A DNA stretch of 64,000 bases from an uncultured Parcubacteria group bacterium (lineage in GTDB: Bacteria > Patescibacteriota > Patescibacteriia > UBA9934 > CAMTUG01). The notes beneath the pieces are model-generated. The model made no database searches. It was not told the origin of the DNA and saw only the letters and a list, made by a program, of their open reading frames with translations. The position numbers and the translations under genes are program-made. Numbering within the stretch: the first letter of the stretch is position 1; each line of letters opens with the position of its first letter. Of the stretch, positions 58,237 through 64,000 are shown piece by piece. The stretch lies in the NCBI GenBank assembly GCA_947084965.1, contig CAMTUG010000004.1, positions 23,490-87,489 on the forward strand. Direction: 5' to 3'.

Positions 58237-58911
58237 TTATTTCAAAAACTTATCTTTCACGATATTACTGGCGAGCGAAAACGCCGCCGATGACGACTGA
58301 CCTTTTTTTAACGTATCGTCAGTGTAGCGAATCGTCACGGGAATTTCTCGATAGCGAAGATGTTTTTTTCTGATCAATTCTAAAATCTCGGAAGCATGAG
58401 CCATGCGATCCTGCTGAAGCCGAATCGCTTGTACCGCCTTTTTGGAAAGCGCACGGAATCCGTTGTGAGTGTCGGTCAACCACAGACCAGAGGTGATGAA
58501 GGTGAAGACGATCGCTGCTTTAAGCATCATCTTACGAGCGAACGGAATATTTTTCGCCGTACCAAGAAATCGCGAACCGAGCGTTACCTCCACTTCTCCG
58601 TGGACAATCGGCTCAACCATCATCGGAATTTCGCTCCCCTGCATCTGCCCGTCCGCATCGAAGTGAACGACGATGTCAGCACCAAGATTCTGCACAGCGA
58701 AATCCATCCCCGTTTGTAGCGCCGCCCCCTGGCCGCGGTTGATGACGTGACGCAAGACGTAGGCCCCAGCCGCGTGAGCACGGGTCGAAGTGGCATCGCG
58801 TGAGCAGTCATCGACGACAACAATCGCATCAACAAAAGACGCCGCATCGTGGATCGTGGCCTCGATGCGGGATTCTTCGTTATACGCAGGGACAACGGCG
58901 ACAATCTTCAC
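58237..58911 (-). CDS. glycosyltransferase family 2 (polyprenyl-phosphate sugar transferase-like)
   Basis: Motifs VVPAYNEE and VVVDDCSRD. Confidence 0.7.
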   Translation of the reverse strand: MKIVAVVPAYNEESRIEATIHDAASFVDAIVVVDDCSRDATSTRAHAAGAYVLRHVINRGQGAALQTGMDFAVQNLGADIVVHFDADGQMQGSEIPMMVEPIVHGEVEVTLGSRFLGTAKNIPFARKMMLKAAIVFTFITSGLWLTDTHNGFRALSKKAVQAIRLQQDRMAHASEILELIRKKHLRYREIPVTIRYTDDTLKKGQSSSAAFSLASNIVKDKFLK

Positions 58912-59915
58912 AGCGACGTGAGCAAAATTTTATTGGCTTTGACGTATTCAATCGTTTTGCGCAGCCCGTCTTCGAGGCGCACCAGTGGCAGCCAGCCGAG
59001 CGCTTCTTTGGCCTGGGTAATGTCTGGCAACCCGAGCGAAGTCAGGAAAACGAGCGGGGCTTCAAATTTGACCGCTGACGTTGACCCTACCATTTCGATC
59101 ACCTTTTTTGCAACGTCTGCGATCGGCAGGTCGACATCGCTCCCCAGGTTGACGATCTTGACCTCTTTTCCTGTGCCCATCAGCCGCACCAGCCCATCAA
59201 CCACATCTGTAACGTACACTAACGACGTGGAGAACTTCTCATCGCCGTAAATCACCAAATCCTTGCCGTCGATCGCGTTCAAGACAAAATCTGGGATCAG
59301 ATGGCCATCAAACAGCGGCATACGCGGGCCGTAGGTGCGGAAGATACGGGCGATCTTCACTTCGATCCCATGGACCTGGGCGTACGTTTCAAACATCGTT
59401 TCGGAAAAACGTCGACCTTCATCGTAGCAGGCACGCGGAGAAAGATGATCAAGGATCCCTTCCGAATCTTCACGGAACATCTTAACCCCTTCCCGACGCG
59501 GGCCATAGACAACCGCGCTCGACGAAAGAAGTACTTTTGCCTTATAGCGAACGGCTACATCAAGAATGTGTTGATTGCCAACCGAATTGGAAAGCAACGT
59601 CTGCATCTTGAACTGATCGAACTTTTTGATCGTCGTCGGACAGGCCAAGTGATAAATTTCCTGAATCCCGGCGAACTTAATTTTGAACCCATCGAGTTCA
59701 GGGAACTTCTCCAGATCGATCGGCTCATTGACATCAAGGCGTAGGAACTGAAAATCTGGGTGCTGCAAAAGTTGATTGATGTTCTGCTCATGGCTGGTGG
59801 AAAAATTATCAATGCAAATCACGCGATTTCCCCCATCCAGCAAGCGCTCGCACAGATGTGAACCGATAAATCCCGCTCCGCCGGTCACCAAAATATTTTT
59901 CTTTTCGTTCGGCAT
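58908..59915 (-). CDS. NAD-dependent epimerase/dehydratase (UDP-glucuronate decarboxylase-like)
   Basis: Motif VTGGAGFIGSHL, catalytic YxxxK region. Confidence 0.7.
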   Translation of the reverse strand: MPNEKKNILVTGGAGFIGSHLCERLLDGGNRVICIDNFSTSHEQNINQLLQHPDFQFLRLDVNEPIDLEKFPELDGFKIKFAGIQEIYHLACPTTIKKFDQFKMQTLLSNSVGNQHILDVAVRYKAKVLLSSSAVVYGPRREGVKMFREDSEGILDHLSPRACYDEGRRFSETMFETYAQVHGIEVKIARIFRTYGPRMPLFDGHLIPDFVLNAIDGKDLVIYGDEKFSTSLVYVTDVVDGLVRLMGTGKEVKIVNLGSDVDLPIADVAKKVIEMVGSTSAVKFEAPLVFLTSLGLPDITQAKEALGWLPLVRLEDGLRKTIEYVKANKILLTSL

Positions 59916-59941
59916 ACTGCCTGTATTGTACGCGGAAAGGA

Positions 59942-61945
59942 CTAAATCGACAACGCATCGCTCACCGCTAAAAACGTCGCGCCAACGTTGCCGTAACGAT
60001 CAAAGATACTTACGACGGATGACCCGCCACGCCCTTCTGTAGCGACGATTTCAGCGGTGCCGTCACCGTTGGTGTCCACGACACTCACCTGTACTCCCAA
60101 TCGATCTGCGGAATCAAAAGCGAAAAACTGGCCTTCCGGTTGGCCGTTTTGGTCGAAGATCCGCACTTGCGGACCACCGCCATTTCGCGGACCGGTGACG
60201 ATCTCTGCCACGCCATCACCGTCCACGTCCCCGACTGCAACATGTACTCCACCCAAAAATAATTCGGCGTAGGCAAAAAACTCGGTGCGCAGCGTTCCTG
60301 TCGATTCATACACACGCACCCGTGGTGCTTCTCCAGCCCCTGTGGCCGCAATAATCTCCGCAACCCCATCACCATCTACGTCACCCGTGGCAAGCGATAG
60401 ACCCAGAACAGACGTAGTAAACGGAACAAAACGTGCGAGCAACGCCCCTGTTCGGTCATACGTTCGAATTTCTGCTGAACTCCCCGAAGGATCGGAAACG
60501 ACGATCCTTCCATCGGCGACGGCAACTTCGACCCCGCCACGGAGTGACGCATCAAAGGCAAAGAATTGGCCGATCACCGCTCCGTTCAGATCAAAAATTC
60601 TCACCTGTGGGCCGCCACCCACCCCGGCACCGGTGACGATCTCTTGAACCCCATCGCCTGTGAGGTCACCGGTCGCTACCCGAACTCCACCCAAAAACGA
60701 TTCGGCATAAGCAAAAAACTCAGATGCTTGCACGCCGTCCGCGCCATACACACGAACGACCGGTGGCGCACCAGCAGCACTCCCGAGCACGATCGACTGC
60801 GGACCGCTCTCGGGATCAGACGACCCTGTGGTCGCGGCAGATCCGAGGAGTGCCTCGGCTACCTGCAGCGCCTTGGCGACATTTAATCGCCCTGGACCGA
60901 GCTCCCCATGATAGTACGTTCCGCGAGTGACAACCGGATCAGCCCCCAGCTTGAGCGCCAACTGCATCTGCGGCACAGAAATTGTTGGGAACGCCGCCTT
61001 GAGTAAAACCGCCGCCCCGCTCACCATCGGCGCGGCAACGGACGTTCCGGCGTAATACCCGTCGTACGGTTCCAAAAATGCCTCTTCGTCCAGATCGTAA
61101 TTCAGCGTTCCGAAAATAAACTCCCCTGGAGCACTCATGTCCGTACATCCGGAGCCATAATTGGAAAAGTCGGACTTGGTGTCTCCTTCATCAAGTGCAG
61201 CGACTCCAAAAACCCAATCTTCAATCGGGCTCATGATGCAGGCGGGGAACACTTGCCCCGCATTCAAATTCTCGTCATCGTTTCCAAGAGCCGCGACCGT
61301 AAAAATGCCGCGTCGATAAGCGGTGCGCAGAGCGTCTTCCAGATCCTGATCGAAAATAAACCCGGTGAAGCTTAAATTAATAACGTCTGCCCCGTTGTCG
61401 ATGGCATACTGAACGGCATTCGTCGCGGCAGTTGTGTCCCCACTGCCTTGCCCGTCCAAAATACGAATCGGCATGATTCGCACGCGCCAAGCGACCCCGG
61501 CAACCCCTTCATTGTTGTCGGCTTCGGCTCCGATCACCCCGGCAACGAGCGAACCGTGATTCATCGCATCCGGATCAAAACCGTTGGTGCTGTCAGGAAT
61601 CGGACTACTGTCATTGCCGACAAAATCCCAGCCGTGAAGATCATCGATGAATCCATTCGCATCATTATCCAAACCGTCACCGGCGATCTCGCCCGCATTG
61701 GTCCAGATCTGATCTTCCAAGTCAGGATGATCAATGTCTACACCGGCATCGATGACCGCCACCACCACATCACGGCTTCCGACCGTCACATCCCAAGCAT
61801 CCAGCGCGCCGATATGTGAAAAGTACCACTGCTCATGTAAGTACTCGTCATCAGGGACACGAGCAGACACCGGCATGGCCGTCGTCGCCAGCAAAAAAAG
61901 TAACAAAAACAATATCCGAGCTTTCATACCCGGATATTGTAGCAC
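59942..61945 (-). CDS. S8 (subtilisin) serine peptidase with C-terminal FG-GAP repeats
   Basis: Asp VIDAGVD, His HGSLVAG, Ser GTSVAAPMVSG; repeated GDxDGDGVAEI motifs. Confidence 0.75.
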   Translation of the reverse strand: MLQYPGMKARILFLLLFLLATTAMPVSARVPDDEYLHEQWYFSHIGALDAWDVTVGSRDVVVAVIDAGVDIDHPDLEDQIWTNAGEIAGDGLDNDANGFIDDLHGWDFVGNDSSPIPDSTNGFDPDAMNHGSLVAGVIGAEADNNEGVAGVAWRVRIMPIRILDGQGSGDTTAATNAVQYAIDNGADVINLSFTGFIFDQDLEDALRTAYRRGIFTVAALGNDDENLNAGQVFPACIMSPIEDWVFGVAALDEGDTKSDFSNYGSGCTDMSAPGEFIFGTLNYDLDEEAFLEPYDGYYAGTSVAAPMVSGAAVLLKAAFPTISVPQMQLALKLGADPVVTRGTYYHGELGPGRLNVAKALQVAEALLGSAATTGSSDPESGPQSIVLGSAAGAPPVVRVYGADGVQASEFFAYAESFLGGVRVATGDLTGDGVQEIVTGAGVGGGPQVRIFDLNGAVIGQFFAFDASLRGGVEVAVADGRIVVSDPSGSSAEIRTYDRTGALLARFVPFTTSVLGLSLATGDVDGDGVAEIIAATGAGEAPRVRVYESTGTLRTEFFAYAELFLGGVHVAVGDVDGDGVAEIVTGPRNGGGPQVRIFDQNGQPEGQFFAFDSADRLGVQVSVVDTNGDGTAEIVATEGRGGSSVVSIFDRYGNVGATFLAVSDALSI

Positions 61946-62070
61946 ATATGGATGTCACCGTACTCGGTCTCGCTGACACGCTTTTCGTGCTCGACCCCTT
62001 GCGGACGGTTTAAGGGCTGCGCGCGAAAAGAGAACTCGTCAGCTCGAACCTCCGCCGGTGACATCCTAAC

Positions 62071-62754
62071 TTAGCTCTCAACCACCGCGCGCATCTCATC
62101 GTTTAAGGCCTCGTTGTCTGGATCGAGTAAGATCGCCTGACGGTAATATTCGAGCGCCTTCTCTTTATTCCCTTGCGCCAAATACCACTCCGCGAGATGA
62201 ACGTAAGCTGGGACAGAACCCCCGTTCTCCGCGATCTGATTTTGCAACAGCGGGCCGATCAGATCCATCCGATCTTCTGTTCGATACTCCATGTAGTAGT
62301 TGTACAGTTGGTTGTAGGTGGAGTCAGCCGGATAGGCTTCGATCGCTTTCAGAAAATACCCTTCCGCCGCGATCGGATCGCCCATATCGATCATCAACTC
62401 AGCCATATTGTTCCAGGCCGTTTCGTTCCCCGGGTCCCCTTGCGAAACAACGAGATAATCTTCGAACGCCGCGCGCAAGTGACCGAGACGAGAAAGATGA
62501 TAGGCGCGCTCAAAATACAGATGCAGGTTATAGGCGCCCGTGGCGTCCGTATCGATGATCTCTTGCGTTAGACGCGCAACGTCGGCTTCGTGCTCCGCTC
62601 TCTTTTCTGCAGTCAGTCCTTCGCGTTCTACTTCGGTCGTTAGGCCTTCGTAATGGTCAGCGATCTCGAAGGAATCATTGAGCGTCAGGGCGAGATAGAC
62701 TCCGGCACCGGCGAGCAAAATCACGACAACAGCGATCATCAATTTATTGTTCAT
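62071..62754 (-). CDS. TPR-repeat membrane-anchored protein
   Basis: N-terminal TM; TPR-like helical repeats. Confidence 0.5.
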   Translation of the reverse strand: MNNKLMIAVVVILLAGAGVYLALTLNDSFEIADHYEGLTTEVEREGLTAEKRAEHEADVARLTQEIIDTDATGAYNLHLYFERAYHLSRLGHLRAAFEDYLVVSQGDPGNETAWNNMAELMIDMGDPIAAEGYFLKAIEAYPADSTYNQLYNYYMEYRTEDRMDLIGPLLQNQIAENGGSVPAYVHLAEWYLAQGNKEKALEYYRQAILLDPDNEALNDEMRAVVES

Positions 62755-62778
62755 AGTGCCATCACGATATCAGAACCA

Positions 62779-62805
62779 AAAAGACGGCACAAGGCCGTCT
62801 TTTTA
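62779..62805. terminator. bidirectional rho-independent terminator
   Basis: aaaaaGACGGCacaaGGCCGTCttttt. Confidence 0.5.
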
Positions 62806-62977
62806 GAGGTGCAGTGACGATTTTACCCGAAGGAAAAATGGTGTATCACCTGTTGTTTTCCGCCCACGGACCAGAGTGATCCGAAGACCGCGCCGGAGAT
62901 GGGAGGAATGACAGACGTCGGCAAAGCCGAAAGTCTGTTATCCAGATCGTTGTATCTAGGTTAAACGGTCGGTGGAA

Positions 62978-63003
62978 GGCGGGGCACGGTGGCCCCGCCT
63001 ATC
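62978..63003. repeat. REP-like palindrome (distant copy)
   Basis: GGCGGGGCacggtgGCCCCGCCtat. Confidence 0.65.
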
Positions 63004-63017
63004 CACTACGCCAGTGG

Positions 63018-63944
63018 TTAGTACACGATTGTACCACCCGTGACTGGAAGGGTCTTGACGAAGTCTGCCTGAGCCGAAGCTCCTGCCGTGTCGTCGTTCC
63101 AGATCATGGTCGTGATCGTATCAGCGACCGCGAGTGTTTCCAATTCCGTGTCACGTGGCAAGTCGAAGCGGATCGAGTCGCCGTTGTCCCCTGAGGCAGC
63201 ACCGGTGCTGTCGAAGTAGAGGGCAAAGGTTTCGGTCGAACCTGCATCAACCTGAATTTCATCTCCGCCGTTCAAGTCGAGCTCGATGTAGACGATCGGT
63301 TCGCCTGCATCACAGTCATCGGCTGCGGCGTCGAAGAAGGTCCAGTCCGCGTCAGCTCCCTCAAGTTCAGTACCGAGGTCATCGGTATTGTAGAGTGAGA
63401 AGTCGGCGGTTGTGATCGTAGCGTCATCACATTCGTTCCACAGAGTAGCAACGGCGGCGTTGTCGGTCGAGGTGAACTTGAAGATAAGTTCTTCGATTTC
63501 GACATAGCCATGTGAATCAGCAGCCACGTTGAAGCGGAACACTTCGTCGAGGCCTGGGGCACCAGCGCCGGATGGGCTACCAGAGGCAAGCGACAACGTC
63601 GGCTTGGTCTTGCGGAGCTCCATAACGTTGGCATCAACGTCCCCACCGGTCAATTCGTCCACGATCGTTCCGGAAGAGACACCAACAGCTTCGATATCTG
63701 CAGCATCCCCTTCAAGAGCAATCTGGATCGTGTTGCCCGAGTTACCAACGGTCGATGACACAGCGGCGGCGTCAATGCTGACCGTCAAGTTGGCCGTGCC
63801 GTCAGCTGGGACGTAGAAGTCCAAGTTGCTGAAGGTCACAGTATCGCTTGTCAACGATCGAGTCTTGGTCTTGGTCGTACCGGCCGCGTTCGCGTAGCTA
63901 ATCTCTACGGAATCTGCAACGTCGTCGGCAGAAAGATCCGTCAA
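63018..63944 (-). CDS. hypothetical Thr/Asp-rich surface protein (N-terminus may lie beyond the window edge)
   Basis: ORF reaches the window edge; low-complexity acidic sequence. Confidence 0.35.
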   Translation of the reverse strand: MTDLSADDVADSVEISYANAAGTTKTKTRSLTSDTVTFSNLDFYVPADGTANLTVSIDAAAVSSTVGNSGNTIQIALEGDAADIEAVGVSSGTIVDELTGGDVDANVMELRKTKPTLSLASGSPSGAGAPGLDEVFRFNVAADSHGYVEIEELIFKFTSTDNAAVATLWNECDDATITTADFSLYNTDDLGTELEGADADWTFFDAAADDCDAGEPIVYIELDLNGGDEIQVDAGSTETFALYFDSTGAASGDNGDSIRFDLPRDTELETLAVADTITTMIWNDDTAGASAQADFVKTLPVTGGTIVY

Positions 63945-64000
63945 GGTGAGCTCACTGACCGTGAATGATTCCGTCGAAGCGCTGAAGCGGTATTTTGCAA

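Noticed and set aside
62806-62977. Possible small ncRNA in the 250-bp gap between the surface-protein gene and the TPR gene
   Set aside because: There are several short hairpins but no recognisable SRP/tmRNA/RNase P/6S signature. It cannot be supported without covariance models.

Overview
This window is a bacterial chromosome segment of about 50% GC with dense, mostly minus-strand housekeeping and envelope genes. The donor lineage cannot be determined from sequence alone; the gene content is compatible with a small-genome, possibly Patescibacteria-like, organism. Recognisable content, in order: a type IV pilus / T2SS-like operon (pilB, pilC, four pilin-like genes, plus a partial pilin at the left edge); a NUDIX hydrolase and a lipoprotein pair in a high-GC block; an AT-rich integrated element of roughly 7.5 kb ending in a large serine recombinase whose 3' end overlaps a tRNA-Glu(CUC); a dcw fragment (ftsI, murF); two tandem MsbA-like ABC exporters; two divergent tRNA-Pro genes; RsmE; a PQQ-type sugar dehydrogenase; an M1 aminopeptidase; cobO; ribH; an IS200-like/RAYT transposase surrounded by REP-like palindromes; a class II (B12-dependent) ribonucleotide reductase with NrdR-box-like palindromes upstream; a dihydrolipoyl-dehydrogenase-family oxidoreductase; tandem GT28-like glycosyltransferase paralogs; HU; a 1328-aa low-complexity protein; a glycan biosynthesis cluster (GT4, GT4, DUF2304-like, GT2, UXS-like epimerase); and a subtilisin with FG-GAP repeats. 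The most interesting candidate is a three-gene module on the tRNA-integrated element: a two-TM membrane protein, a trypsin-like serine protease and a KAP-family P-loop NTPase (the family of the F-plasmid phage-exclusion protein PifA), which looks like a candidate abortive-infection/defence system. Other unusual signals: a pilin-like protein fused to a six-blade LVIVD beta-propeller inside the pilus operon; four about-65%-GC cassettes that each end in a GC hairpin with a shared CACT(T)CC loop; an inverted REP pair inserted in-frame into the RAYT gene; and about 70-bp inverted repeats bracketing a three-gene block. No CRISPR array or rRNA was seen.
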